The notes beneath the pieces are model-generated. The model saw only the letters and a list, made by a program, of their open reading frames with translations. It did no database searches and was not told the DNA's origin. Shown here piece after piece: positions 1-13,300 of a DNA stretch of 64,000 nucleotides. The stretch is from Camelus ferus (taxonomy: Eukaryota), in assembly GCF_009834535.1 (NCBI RefSeq), contig NC_045707.1:52020001-52084000 (forward strand), written 5' to 3'. Made by a program: the position numbers and the translations under genes. How positions within the stretch are numbered: position 1 is the stretch's first letter; each line of letters begins with the position of its first letter.

Positions 1-504
1 ATATCTGTATAACTGTTATCAATTATATTAATTAAGAGAAAACTGTAGCAAAATTTGCTCTGAGGAGGAAAAAAAATGTATTGCCCTAAAACCTTTATTA
101 AAGCATAGCTGTCCACAAGGTATTGTGTTTCTCGTAGTATAGCCAGGTTTTGTCCAATTTTAAAGCAAAAATATCAGAAGACTTGGAAAAAATGTAGTCC
201 TAAGGAGAAATAATTGTGAAATTGGTACCTGTGAACATCACGAGTGCCTACTTTGATGTGAATTAAAGCAACCTCCACACAAGTACAGGCTGATTAAATA
301 GTTGAATTGACTAATTGTTTTTAAATATATGTCTGCTTGGACAGCCGTTGAGATTCTCTAACGAGCTAAATAGTTCAGAGAGTCTTTAAGCCATTTAGGA
401 AAATGAACGTTATGGTTCAACGGCATTTCTGCTAACATTTAGAAAATTATAGTTTGAATTTAAAATAATCATAGCTGTAAAGCAATCTTTAAAGAGATTT
501 TACA

Positions 505-660
505 TACATTACCTCATTTAATCCTCACTGAAATCCCGCAAGGTAGGGAACATCAGAGGGTGCTGTGAAATTTTTAAGCAGCTTGTCCATGATCACACAA
601 ATGGTATTGGGGTACAGATTCAAAATCAGGGCATCTGGTTCCAAGTTTAGTGTCACCCTC
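505..660 (-). mobile_element. MIR SINE
   Basis: cctcatttaatcctcac...aggtagg...cttgtccatgatcacaca...gattcaaaatcagg..atctggttccaa. Confidence 0.7.
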
Positions 661-1440
661 ATCCGTTCATTTATGTTTAAGTACCTAGTATGCACCAGTA
701 ACTGGTAAGTACATCATAGGCTGGGAACAATTCTGAACAGGTCTATTTTTTTTTGCTTTCAAGTAGCTTTAAATGTGGTAGGCAAGACGAGTAGTTAGGT
801 TATATGATATTTTAAAAATGTTATATCCAGGATAAGTGTGAGGTGTCTTGATAGAATCTAGAAAGGATATACAGTCTGCATTTTGGAGGGAGCACAGAGA
901 AAAAGATACCTGAAGTAATATTTGTTGGTCCCCCTATAATTAGTCAGCTTTATGGAGATAAAAGACAGTTCCAGAAGTGTGAGGAACATGTAGATGTGTC
1001 TGAGGCAAGAGAAAATGTTGTTTACTTAGTGAACTGTGAATAATTCACTGTTGATTGAAGTTTAGTATTTCAGTGAGAAGTAGTCTAAACTGAAGAGGTT
1101 CTTCAGCCTTCTAATGGACATTTGGAAATCTCTGGAAATATTTTTATATGTCAGAATGACTGAGGAGCAACATTACCAAGATCTAGTGAGTGTGGGATAA
1201 GGTTTCATTACAGTGGCAGTCCAGTATATTAGGTAATTTTCTCACCCTAACATGATAATTGTAGTCTCCTGAGAAACACAGGCAACAGACCACCAGCAGC
1301 CTTGGAAGATACACAGAGACATTTGGGCTCTCTTCTGAGGCACTGTTCTGAATAACCCGCTAAGGGTGGGCATGGCAAGATTTCTGCTCAGAAAGATCCC
1401 TCTGGGTGCTTTGTGGAAGTGTATTAGAAGTTACACAGGT
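660..1440 (-). mobile_element. L2 LINE fragments (interrupted by a MER20-like element)
   Basis: ttcatttatg...tacctagtatgcaccag, gacagttccag, aaagatccctctgg.tgct.tgtgga, typical of antisense L2. Confidence 0.55.
1093..1281. mobile_element. MER20/MER20B-like DNA transposon
   Basis: ggacatttggaaatctctggaaatattttt...gtcagaatgactgagg...atctagtgagt...tgagaaacac; opposite orientation to the copy at 18177. Confidence 0.6.
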
Positions 1441-1459
1441 AGACACTAACACTAACACT

Positions 1460-1806
1460 GTAAGTGCTTGCTCTACCTAGAATGGGCAAGTTAAGAGGGC
1501 AAGAAAAACCTGGCCAGCACGGAGATAATTCCATTACCTTGACTCTTCCCACTGGAAAACGTGGATGTTAGCTTCCCTTGAGCAGAGTGATTGAGAAGGG
1601 GTGAAGTGGGCTAGGAGTAACCGGAATAGTGTCCACAGAAGGCTAGTGCTGCTCCAGAGAACAGGGGCACTCTCTTACCAGGAGTAGACCGCTCTGCAGT
1701 TCTGCCTTAATTTAAATCAATCAGTCAATCTCAAATCTTTGTTTAGTTTAACTTCCTGAAGTTGGATTTCTGTTTCTGTAATTGAAAAAAAAGTACTTGT
1801 TGATTC
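1460..1806 (+). mobile_element. Old MaLR/ERVL LTR remnant
   Basis: The terminal tttgtttagtttaacttcctgaagttggatttctgtttctgtaattgaaaaa is typical of MLT1 3' ends. The block is GC-elevated. Confidence 0.45.
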
Positions 1807-3240
1807 GCATGGGGATAATCAATCATGGCATATCTTGACTAAGAAACATTACCAGAGACAGTGGCTCCAGTTTATATTTTAGTATTTTTATGAAAAAGAA
1901 GATACTTTATGGAGCCAGATTATTGATTCATTTGTTAATTTATCCACGCATGCAAGCATCCATCCATCCATCCACTCATTATTCCAAAAATACGTGTTGC
2001 AGGCATTGCTTAAGCACTGGAGAGAACAAAGTTTGGTATTATAGGCAGGTATCTCAGGAAATCACCAATTTTTCTCCAAATTTCCAAGGATAACTGTATC
2101 AGTTTGTTATTTGTACTTCCTTTGAAACTTACCCACACTGTAAGAACCCATGCCTCCTATACTATGAAGTTTGGACTCCAAAACAATAAGTACAAATATA
2201 AGACATGAATTACATTCATAGAAGTCTGTGAATATCTTCTAAAGTTGGTACTTCGTTTATACCAAATATCTCTTTAAGTTCTTCAAAATACTTTGGTTCC
2301 ATAGAAAAAGGAAATTTCTTCATTTTCCAAATGTAAACTGCTTAATTTACATGACCATTTGAATATGAATATATTTGCCTTTCTTTGTACAATTTCGTTA
2401 TTCTAGACCTTCTGTGCCTTTTGAAAGATGGAATGTCTTCAGTAGGTGGTGAAAAATGTTAAAAACATTTTTATTTTACACAGGTGTAACACAGGTGGTA
2501 CACCCTTTCCTCTCTGCCCCATAGGGTGTAGCTCTAACTACCCTCTAGGGAAGAGAAGGTTGGGTGAACAGCCTTACTATTTCTCCAGCTCAGTAATTAC
2601 CTGAAGGTACATTCTCTTCACTGCCCAGGAGTTCTTAAGGAAAGTGCAATCTCATGCATACAGAATGGGCTTGCATCATGGTTCTTTCATGACTAACTTC
2701 AGCCCCTTCTCCAAACCATACTATATGCATTTAAGACTGATTGTTTCATATCTTTTTTTTTAAATTGTGAAAGATTCATGTCACTGTCATGGAATTGTAT
2801 ATATTCTGGTGGTGGAACCTCAGATGTGGTGCCCTGACTTAGCTACTTTGTCCTTAAACATATGAAGGAGAGTTTTCACACATTGAATTTCAGAGGGTTC
2901 CTATAAAGATACACCATCATCCATACTTACAAATTAATGACTGTTTTTGTTATGCTCAGTAGGTTCTAGATTTCTTAATAATGCTACCTCAAAAAAAGTT
3001 AAAAATAAATGAAGAGATGTCTAAATCACTTCTGATTTTTTACCTCATTTTAAAAAATGGTAGAAGCTGGTGTGTAATTCACCACTAGTGGTTGCTTCAA
3101 TCCATTATACCACCCCATGGAGAGGCAGAATTACTTTTGTGTTTTAAATGAACCAAAATGTCTTTTGACTCTGGAGAGGGTGAAGGAGAGGGAGAGATTT
3201 AGAAACATTCTCTTATTTCTGTCTTGAAATTCTGGGTGAG

Positions 3241-3738
3241 TGTGTTAGTTACACCCTGTTTGTCCCTCCAGGTCTTCTTTTCTCCCTAACCACCCAGCTC
3301 TGGCACCAGAGACTAACTTGACTAACTTCACCAGTGGGCTTTCCCCCCTGCTTCCTGTGGAGTCTGGATAATGGAAGCTGTCAGGGGAAAGTATGTCAGA
3401 GGGCGAGTGAAGTTGAGGTACTTCGTTCTGTGGTTGTCTCCCTGCCTAGTCATGGATTGCTCTTTTCTGAGTTCCTCTACAAAAGTCTAAGTTGCTGTTG
3501 GACAATACTCTCTTAAAGGAGCTGCAGACTCACTTCAGCCCTCTCTATTTCATAAGTTCTCCCTCCTCCTGACTCTTTAGGCCAAATGATGTTGAAGACT
3601 CCTTGTTTTTGCTCAACTCATGGTCCCTCAATATGCTTTGTTGGCTTCCTTGGAATCTGCTGTCATATTTATTAACAGTTCCTGCATTAAAGTCTCCTGA
3701 ACTACTACATCATTTCCTGTTATGATTCTTGCTGATAG
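3241..3738 (+). mobile_element. ERVL LTR, LTR33-like
   Basis: ctgtttgtccctccagg...ctgcttcctgtggagtctggataatggaag...tattaacagttcctgcattaaagtctcct...catttcctg. Confidence 0.65.
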
Positions 3739-4796
3739 AATGATATTCATAGTACTTAATACTTAAGAGCTACTTAGAGTAAAAAATAAAAGAGGACTGC
3801 ACTTAGCTGGGGAAGGCAGAAATGAATTCAATTTTAGAACTCTCAGATTTTATACGTCTGACAAGTATCCCAGAAGTCAGATGTCTGATTAGTATTTTTA
3901 TAGGGATGGAAGTGAGAAGTGATTTGGAGATCTAATGAACTTGATGAACATGGAAGAATCTGAGCTTCATTTAACAATCCATAAAATTAAGGAAATGTAT
4001 TGGTTATTTTCTTTGTGCTTCCATCCCTGAGACCCTTTTTTAAAAAAAATTCTATAGAGCTAATTAGAAAAGCAGGAACTTAAGAGACCCAGAACTCTAT
4101 CAAGGCCAAAAAACTTATGTGAAAGCTGAAATATCTTATTTTATGCTAAAACAACCATCTACATCAAATGGGTAAAATAATCTCTTCAAGGAAAAGCTCA
4201 ACTTCCCCTGAGGCGTATTAACCCTTCAAACATAGAATGCATACACACCATACATTATTAAATCACTGAAATATGTGTTACACTTTAGGCAATGTATAAT
4301 CTAAAAATACATTTCTTTGTATATAACACATTTCTAATATTACAATTTTTAAAACTTATAATGTGTCTATTTCTCTATTTCTTTGTAAAGAAGTACTTGT
4401 ATTACCTCTGTAATACTCAAGGTATCTGAATGGAAGCCAGAGAGTGATCTGAAAATGACATCTAAATGAAATACACATACATATTTATATATGTATATAT
4501 ACATATATTTTGATATTCTGGGTATAGTTGAGTTTGTGCTTTAGGTGATTAACTGTCTGTATGTAAAATGTTATACCTATCAATCTTTGAGACATTCTTA
4601 AAATATCTTTAAATTTTCACAGCTTTGATTTTGAGAATAAGTCCCCATCTACGTTCCCTATTTAGTCAAGATGGAAGATTTAACATATGATGTTATTTTT
4701 ATTAATAACATTCCAAAGTGGTTACTATCCTTCTGTGTTTTTTTGCAGTTGTATAAAAGGCTCTGAATAAGTATTCATTTTCTATGCTATGGAGTA

Positions 4797-5130
4797 ATAG
4801 TCATTTTTCTGCTGGGATAATCCTGCATAACAAATAACTCCCCTGAGCCCCAGTGGCTTAACACAATGATTATTTAAACCTCAGTGGATTGCAGGTCAGC
4901 TAATGTCAACTGGGCAGTTCTGTGCTAAACTGGACCACAGGCTTTTGGTCCATGTGTTTTCATTCTGGTATTCTGGATGAAGCAATGAATGATAACTGTG
5001 GCATGGCATTTTCAAGGAACAAGGTGGAATCAGAAATGCATAATGCTACTCTGTTAAGATGTCAACTCAATAATGACAGCCTGTCACCTTTCCATTGGTT
5101 AAATTGGGTCATATGGCTATACCTAACATT
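4797..5130 (-). mobile_element. Old MaLR LTR (MLT1J/K/L-like)
   Basis: ctgcataacaaataactcccc...cagtggcttaacacaa...ttccattggttaaa..ggtcatatggc. Confidence 0.65.
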
Positions 5131-6664
5131 ACTTATTTATGGAAGTTGTTAACCTAAAAAAAAAAGAGTGCCAGAACTAAGATGATTGAGAACAATGGCG
5201 AAGCCAGATCTTAGAGTTTGAATTCAATACTATAGGAGTACTGTTGGAGATAGTTACACTGAGCCAGGAGCTAACATTAGTAAAGAAAAAAAGGAAATGA
5301 CATAAGGGATCTTAGGTGATAGCAGCAAAGGGAGGTGTTTTAGAGAGGAAGGAATATAATTATCTGGAATAGGATGATGAATACGGAAATGACACTTAGC
5401 CTACTCTATGGCCCAGACTCATGAAGTCTATAGACGAAGCAGTATCATCCAGGAAGAACTGGGTTTAAGTTAGAATTTAACATTCCTGGGAGAAACATGT
5501 TAGAAAGAGATTGAGGATATATAATTAATTTTGCTAATGATTGACTTGAAAGAAAAAGAAAATGTGAATGGTGGATGGATAAACATTCATATTCAGAAGA
5601 GACCGTGGAGTAGGAAGAGACTTCAGAGACGATGTAATCTAATTTTTTATATGTTGAAGCCCCTTCATGATGTAACTAATACACAACCAGTCTCTGTTTG
5701 AATATTTCCTGTGACTGGCTTCTTACAGGCAGCCCATGCCAAAAATGAGATTTTTTTTTCAAAGACACTTCCATTTGCCTGGAAATTAAATAAAATCTAT
5801 ACAGCACAGGTTTTTTATGATTAGGACTCTCCCTTGCTTCCTGTTGCTGCTCCCAGATTATTGCCTCTGCTCCCTCTTTTTATTATTAGATTTGAACTCA
5901 CTGGTTTTGCCTGCTCTTTTCCTTTTTCCCTTTCTGAGCCTGGACATTTACAGGCCTCCTAGTTACTTGTTTCCAATCACTGCTAATCTCATCAGCTGAC
6001 CACCCTAACAGCTACCATTATTTCAAACAACTTTTAATGAGGATATTCCCAATTCATTGATACCCAGTTGTCTCACTACTGAACAGTTGACTTCTACTTT
6101 CACATTCCTCCTCCACACCTGGCTTCTCTTCCTGGATGTATCATGTTTATCATTACTCTTTTAAAAATATGCTTGACTCCTTGCTTTAATTTCATACACA
6201 CCTGTCAAGTCTGCAACGATGGACAAATCCCTGTCTATGCTTGTATCGGAACAACTCAACATCACACAGTATACTGGAGCACCGTAGTTTCACGTTCATT
6301 AGCCTTAAGTGGACTTTCCACAATGCATTCAAGAAACAGTGTATGTCCAGAAAGTTTTCTCTATTTCCACAGTGAATCACATCTATCCACTCTACTTAAA
6401 TCTTTAATTACTTCTTTCTTTCTTCTGCTTATCTCAGTGTGTAGTTTCACTTCTTGCCAGAGCAAATACTTCAGACAGCAACTAGTTAGTATTTTTGCTC
6501 CCATATCTGAAAACTGACCTGCTGCCTCCTATTTGCATTACTGTGAAGAAAGCACTGCTCTGATTTAAATCCAGTTCCTTCACATGTGCTTCTTTGCTCC
6601 CACTGAACTTTTCGTTCTGTCTCCTGCATCTTCAACATCTTCATCTCTACCACATATTCTCTCA

Positions 6665-6792
6665 GAGTTTGAGATTTGCAGATACTGACTGGTATATATA
6701 AAATAGATAAACAAGTTTATACTGTATAGCACAGGGAACTTTATTCAATATCTTATAGTAGCTTATGGTGAAAAAGAATATGAAAACAAATA
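6665..6792 (+). mobile_element. Short LINE-1 3'UTR fragment
   Basis: Aligns with the reverse complement of ~20713-20836 (gcagatact...aacaagtt.atactgtatagcac...cttatggtgaaa.agaatatgaaaacaaata). No poly(A). Confidence 0.9.
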
Positions 6793-6807
6793 CACCAGCT
6801 TTTCAAG

Positions 6808-6810
<3 letters not shown>

Positions 6811-6844
<34 letters not shown>
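6811..6844 (+). repeat. (GT)17 microsatellite
   Basis: Perfect dinucleotide run. Confidence 0.97.
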
Positions 6845-6846
<2 letters not shown>

Positions 6847-9019
6847 ACTTTTACCACTTCAATTTTTTTACTTTCCAGTTAATTTTTTACCCTTGTTATC
6901 CTAGAGCTTTACCTGCAGGGCCACCAAAAAGTAACTTATTGCTAAATTCAACATGTTTCCACTGTAAGTTAGTTGTCAGCAGTATTTTACACAACTGACC
7001 ACTTCTTTCTTCCTGAGAAATCTTTGTGAAGATAAAAAGGATGTGTTGTGGATACATACTCACAGGTTCCAAAATTCAAGTGATGAACAATATGTAATTA
7101 TTTTAATTTTAATTTTTATCATAACTAGAGTTACATTCTGAGTTCCCATTCATTTTGGTAGCCCCCCCCCCCAAAAAAGGAATCAATTTGAAGTAAATTT
7201 AATTGCTTCGAAGTATTCTCAGGGTCAGGTTTTAATTTAGTCAAATCAGAATTGCCATTTCCCCTCCTCCCTTTCTTCTTAACTTGGTTTAATTTTTAAA
7301 AAGTTTGTATAATACAGTATCAGATGGTGAGGCATCTGGGCTTCAGCCTTCCTTTGTCCTGGACTGACATCTGTTGCAAGTACAATCATGTCCCGTATCC
7401 CCACCACACTGGCATATGTTGAGGTTTCTGTATTCCCACCTGGTTTCTTGACATACATCCTACACTGCTCTTTGTTATAATTTACTCTCATCATGACCAC
7501 AGATCCCTTCAACATCTGTCTGTTTCCTCTCTCTCAGACAAGTATCTTGTTATCAGAGGCAAAAGAAAATCCTGCTGCTTTCTCTTGTTGCCCAGGGACC
7601 ACAGGAGACTTGCTGTGACTGCCTGTGTCTTCTCCTTCTCTAGCATCTAGTCTTCTCCCTCTTAACTCCTATTTCCACCAGGTTACTAGGGAATCCTAAA
7701 AAATATTTTGTTCCAGAAAAGCTTAAGAGAAAATGCTTCCTCTATTCTTGGACCTTCAAACTGTTTAGTACTCTCTGTAAATAATCTTTTGTACTTTTTA
7801 CTGATTTAAGAGCAGAAGAGACAGTCATAAAACCTCCCCCTAGGTCTAAACCAGGATCTAAATGATCCTCTCCAGCACACTGTTCAACCTTCTTCTGTAC
7901 TAAAGGGAACCATTTTTCTTTTTATTCTAATAAGGGGGAAGAGGGATTTAATGGTTGCATTCTTCCAACTTGCTGTCTACTACATCAGTAAGATAGCTTT
8001 CATTAAAATGAAACCCAATGATTTAGCATCTCTGCTTTTAGGTTTTTATTTTCACTTCATCTCAGCTGGGTGGGCTGGGGAAAAAAGGACTACATGTTAA
8101 AGGTCAAGATATTTGATGAAGATTAGAGAGAGAGAGAGACTTGCATTTCTATGGTATGGCAGAATGGGTAGTCTGCCTATTTCTTTGGCTTGGGGAAAAT
8201 ATTATTAATGCTGAAGAGATGAACATATTTGAATGCATTGATGAGCTGAATAGAAAGTAAGAAATACTCTAAAGTGAAATTAAATGAAAGGAGAAAAGTG
8301 ATAAGTAGAATGCTAGCTTCCACTTTGAAAGCAATTGAAAATTCTAGTGAACTTGGCTTTTAGTTTTCACAGAGTCACAAAGCATAGAAAACAGAGATGT
8401 AAGTCCAGTAGTTGCTTAAATTAGGAAGGCTAAAAGAATATAACCCGTCATAAAGCTGGGTCCACCAAATTGGCCAGTCCCTTGATATAAGTATAAAATA
8501 GATACAAATGTACATTTGTGGAAGGTTTTATAAGAAGATATTACTGTCTTGAATTGCATTGTTGAATAATAAGGGAAAATAATTCTTCTAGCTAAAAACA
8601 ACCATAATATTTGATTGTGGCCTGAATTTACCTTACTTAATATGATGTGAAAAACTTTAGAACAATACCATAGATACCACAGTCTAATGTGGTCCTAGGT
8701 TGGTATAACTCCCAGTCCTCTGGCAGAAACAAATATAAATTTTATCTGGAAAAACTTGTCTTCCGTCTAAGCCACACCTATCTCACAAGTAAGATTTTAA
8801 GAAACATAAATTTATAATAAAAAATCACAAATCATCCAGTGAAATAAGGCACTACAAGCTAGAGTCTCCAGAAATTAGAAACTGAATATCAAAACTAAAT
8901 ACATAAAATAAGTATGCTTTATGTGTTGCATAAGTGAAGTACTGAGAAAAATAAATCAGCAAGAAAATGTTAAAAAGACCAAGAAGATTTAACAAAGAAT
9001 GGTTCAATATTGAAAGTAT

Positions 9020-9200
9020 TGTTTTAGGTCAGAGTCCCTGGAAACAGACTCTGAGATACACATTTCCATGCAGGAAGTTTATTTGGGTGTGTTCTTGTGA
9101 GGGTGGGGGAGGCTCTTGCAGGGCAATTAAAAAAAAAAAAGCCTGAGTGGATGATGCAGTTGCAGCACGAACCTTAACTGATCTTAGAAACACTGGAACT
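9020..9200 (-). mobile_element. ERVL LTR fragment, LTR16-like
   Basis: tgttttaggtcagagtccctggaaacagactctgaga...tgcaggaagtttatt.ggg.gtgttctt. Confidence 0.65.
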
Positions 9201-9384
9201 AATCATTCCTAAAACTACTGATTCAAAGCAGACATATTTTTGGTGTTTCTGTCTATTATACAGAACAGCAGCCATCCCACAGACTGAATATAATGGCATA
9301 ATAAGGGGAAAATGAGATCATAAGCATGAAAATTCTTTCAGAACTCTTAAAGTTCTATGCAAATGGGTTATCGTGACCACATAC

Positions 9385-9625
9385 CCAGAAATCAGAAGTA
9401 CAGCCACTGGAGTCAGATAATCTCAGTTCACTTCTGACTCTGACACTCACTAACTAGTGAAACAAAAGCAAATTACTAAATCTCTCTGTGCCTCAGTTTT
9501 CTCGTATCTAGAGTGAAATGAATAAAAATTACTTTGTAGGACTGCTGTGGAGGACTAAATAAGATGAACTGATCTGGAGAATAAGTATGGCCTGTATTAC
9601 ATAACAACAACTTATTAAATATTAT
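9385..9625 (+). mobile_element. MIR SINE
   Basis: ctggagtcagata...actcactaactagtg...gcaaattactaaatctctctgtgcctcagttttctc.tatct...aaatgaataa (MIR core). Confidence 0.8.
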
Positions 9626-10266
9626 CTGATATAATAAAAGGATTTTTGAAAAGGAAGAGGAGGCTCATAATCCCAATCCTGCCTCACTTTTCCTGTACTT
9701 ACTTTGATGTGCTATTTAACCCCTTGTCCCTGAGACATTTTCTGACCATGGCACATGCAGAGCCTGATTTCTATGCTGAAAGCACAGTAATACTTTACTG
9801 AAGTTTACTTTTACTGGAATATATGTATTCTGCAGAAGCATGAGGTCCTGGACTTTTTCTCTGACTCTTTATCTACATTTACAGGAGAATAAAAATGCCC
9901 ATTGTACCTTCGTTGTAGCAACATATCACATATTTGTATGGTGGTACTATTCTTTAAACTAAGCATTTTAGGATATATTTAGGCTGATTGCTTTTATTTT
10001 ACTACATTTTCAAAACAAGTGTAGATTATTGCATTGAGATTTTTATTGGCAGAAGCATTTACTGGTAATCAAATAACATTGGAAAACACGTTTTTAATCT
10101 ATGCTCCAAAAAGGCTATATATGAATTTCTTCTTGTGTTTGTTTGTTTTCCTACTTTTAGAACAAGCCGAGGTGCAACTGTTTCATTAAGTAAAGTCCCT
10201 TTATCCTGGCCCTTTGAAAAGAGCACAATTACTGCTGATTTTTATGGTCAAAATTTTCAGTCTGTC

Positions 10267-10392
10267 TGTTACTGCAAGGTGGGGAAAAAGGCCTCGGTTC
10301 TTTGTCTTACCCGACAGAAAAGAATTCAGATGGGAGAGTGAAAGTGTCGTATAAACAAAGTTTTATTAGACCAAAAGTTAGTAAAGTATATT
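10267..10392 (-). mobile_element. Short ERV LTR 3'-end fragment
   Basis: tgttactgcaagg...ggttctttgtctt...agaaaagaattcaga...aaagttttattag resembles the antisense U5/poly(A)-signal end of MER4-group ERV1 LTRs. Confidence 0.55.
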
Positions 10393-13300
10393 CAGCTGCA
10401 GTTGGGATAAATCTTGTATGGAATCTCATCCACAAATGGATTCCATTACAGAAATAAACAAGTACTTTGTTTCATTCCCTATGTTTGACCAGATTTATCC
10501 TGTTCTTTCAAGACAATCTGGGGCAACTTGGCTCCTACAGTAAACTGTCAAGATGAAAAATCCACACTGTACTGTCAATTTGCAATGCTTGTGATTCAAA
10601 GGATATTTATGGCACTTGTGATTTATTTTTCAATCACCTAAGATTTAACAAAGAAACTATACCATGATTAATCTCAAAAAAAATTTGAGAGGTAATTCGT
10701 TTTTACAAATTTTGGTTGAACAGCAAAAGCATGTCATTTCTAAAGGTGTTATTAGGAGCAACAATAGCACAGCAGCTATTAAAGTGTGTACAGAGTGAAT
10801 ATTTTAAATTACAGAGGAAAAAAGATAATACCTGAGGAAAAACTAACACAGAAGCTCTACTGACATTTTGGGGGATAAGTTCCTAGATGTTAAATAGATG
10901 GAAGTGATGTATAACATCTTTTCAGGGTTTTTATCTTGAAATTAAGCTACTCTTCAAATGCATGTCATCCTATTCAGTCCTTTTAACACAGGATAGTTTT
11001 AATACAGATTTTGTTTATCTCAGTAATTAACTTGACAAAAATTAATTACTTGAAATAAACATTCAACAGTGTTATAATAACACCAGTGTTTCAAATGCTA
11101 TCTCAGTTTTGGGAAATGACTTCTTACAGTTTTCAGCATCAATTTAGGAAAATATGTTAGAATTAAACTCCTAATACTCACTTTTCAGCTGTATTCTATT
11201 CAAAGTCAAACCTGTAGATCTGCCTTCTGCTAAGTAAGTTTTTTACTTCCTTTTTTACATAATTTCATTTTCTTAGTGATAGATAACCTCTATGATTGCA
11301 AATTGCACCTGCCATAAATTATTAAGATTTTTCCCCTTGTTTTCCTGTAAAACCAATTTAATCTTGTTTTAACTTAAGAAACTAATTTAATCATCAACAA
11401 TTCTTTTTAAGTGCAAGATTATTCTATTACCAAAAAAATCCACATATAAGTTAATCATTCTTACTCTCTTATTGCAAGTATTTTATCATTAAATAACTGA
11501 ATGTTGTAATAGTGAAAGATAGATCTAAGATACAATGTTAAGACAAAATGTGTTAGAAAATAATGTCTTTAATAAATATAAATAATAGCCATAAATATAA
11601 ATTCATTTGAACATTAGATAATAATGTTAAAATATGTTGGTATGTGCATGCTTGACATAAAATGCAGGAAACTAATAGTATTTCTTTCTTGAATGGGCTC
11701 ATAGTCATAGACATTCATTTCTTACATCCTTTTATGTTATATTTGGCAAGAGAGGTTTTCTTTTGTTTTGGTTTTTTTTTTTTTTTAATAAAACATAGGG
11801 AAAAGGCCAGAAACATGTAAATCCACATATTAAGAATGATTAACTCCAGGAGTTAGAATTATCGGCAACCTTAATTTTCTTCTACTTAATGTATTAATGA
11901 ATAAGAATTATCAATTTAGGCAATGCAAGATGGAATCGTATTAATGGACTAAAATTCAAAAAGTCCCTCATTTGTGATACTTAACAAAAACATCTCATCC
12001 CTTATACACATTTTCTTTGTAAATATGATACTATTACTGTCTTTTTTTGACTTCTGGCTTTCCTTTGCCTCTTCAATCATTTCCAGAAACATTTAAGATC
12101 TCTGATAGCTAATGGTAATGTCAGAGGACATTTTCTGGATCCAAGCCAATCATAATGTCTTTAAGTAATGTTTATATGTACCAAGCTTGCCAGCTACTTA
12201 CCAGTGCATAACAGAAGATAAATGTACACTACTATCAAGGCTAGAAGAAGGCAAGCCATCTAACTGCTAGCAACCTAATTTTTACATAGCTGTTTACAAT
12301 TCTCATCATGTTATCACAATATGATTTATTAATCCTTCTGGCATTTTCCTCCTTGACAGCTTCTCAGCTGCTGTTACATCCTTCTTGGATGGGTGAGTAC
12401 TATATACTATTGTGAAACTGTGAGTCAATTTTATATATTGAGACTTTGTTTTAGGCATTTAGTCCACAAAAGTGGAACAACTTGGATTTAACCTTATCAA
12501 ACATGAAAAATAGGATTTGAGGGTTCAAGAAAAGTGAAATGAGGAAAAATTAATTTGGAGATGTGATTGCAATGGAGCCTCTTAAATATTGTTAACTCAG
12601 AGTAAGTTAAACTATAACTCACATTACAGTTTTTACAGGTAGGCCTTGACATTTTACTCCAAATGGAAAATATACTTATAAAACAGCTGCATTCTTTCAT
12701 GAATATTCAAATGGTTTGATTCAGGAATATTTTTGCTATAATATTTCAAATTTTACACCTCTTTATCTGTATTTTTACATGTTCAAATTAATTCCACATC
12801 ATCAATAATTAGCTAAAACCCACCAATTCAAGATAGTATTTATCTCTTTATTATGTATCTATTGCATTTTTGTTAATTACTATCAAATTGGATTTGATAA
12901 TACTCACATATGATGCATATTAAACACAATAAAGCAGAACAAAACTATATGAAAGCTATGTATGTGTACAGATCCACATATTAACAATGACTAACTCTAG
13001 GAGGTCGATTATAGGCAATCTTAATTTTCTTACCCAGATTAATGATTTACTACAGCTAAGCACTAAACAAGGTTGTGTTGCTAGAATCTATCACCAAAAA
13101 AAGAGATTTAAATTCTTCAGTTCCCTTTGTCTAGTAAAAGAAATCAAGTATTTTGTTTAATGTGGACAGACTCATTTCTTCATGTCAGTAAATCCAGAAG
13201 CAATTCAGGAATATAAAATACACTAATTAGATTCATGTTGTCAATTTATAAACTTGCAAAGAAATTTTATTTAGATCAGTAATTTATATTTTTGGATATT

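Larger units (their letters stand above)
5790..7025 (+). mobile_element. L2 LINE fragments (interrupted by an L1 piece and (GT)n)
   Basis: Pyrimidine-rich, with L2 motifs such as ttgctaaattcaa and tcagcagtattttacacaactgaccact. Confidence 0.55.

Noticed and set aside
6143..6517. 124-aa ORF
   Set aside because: No recognisable homology, and it overlaps decayed L2-like sequence.
7279..7515. 78-aa minus-strand ORF as a retrogene fragment
   Set aside because: I could match it to no protein family, and saw no poly(A) tail or TSD.
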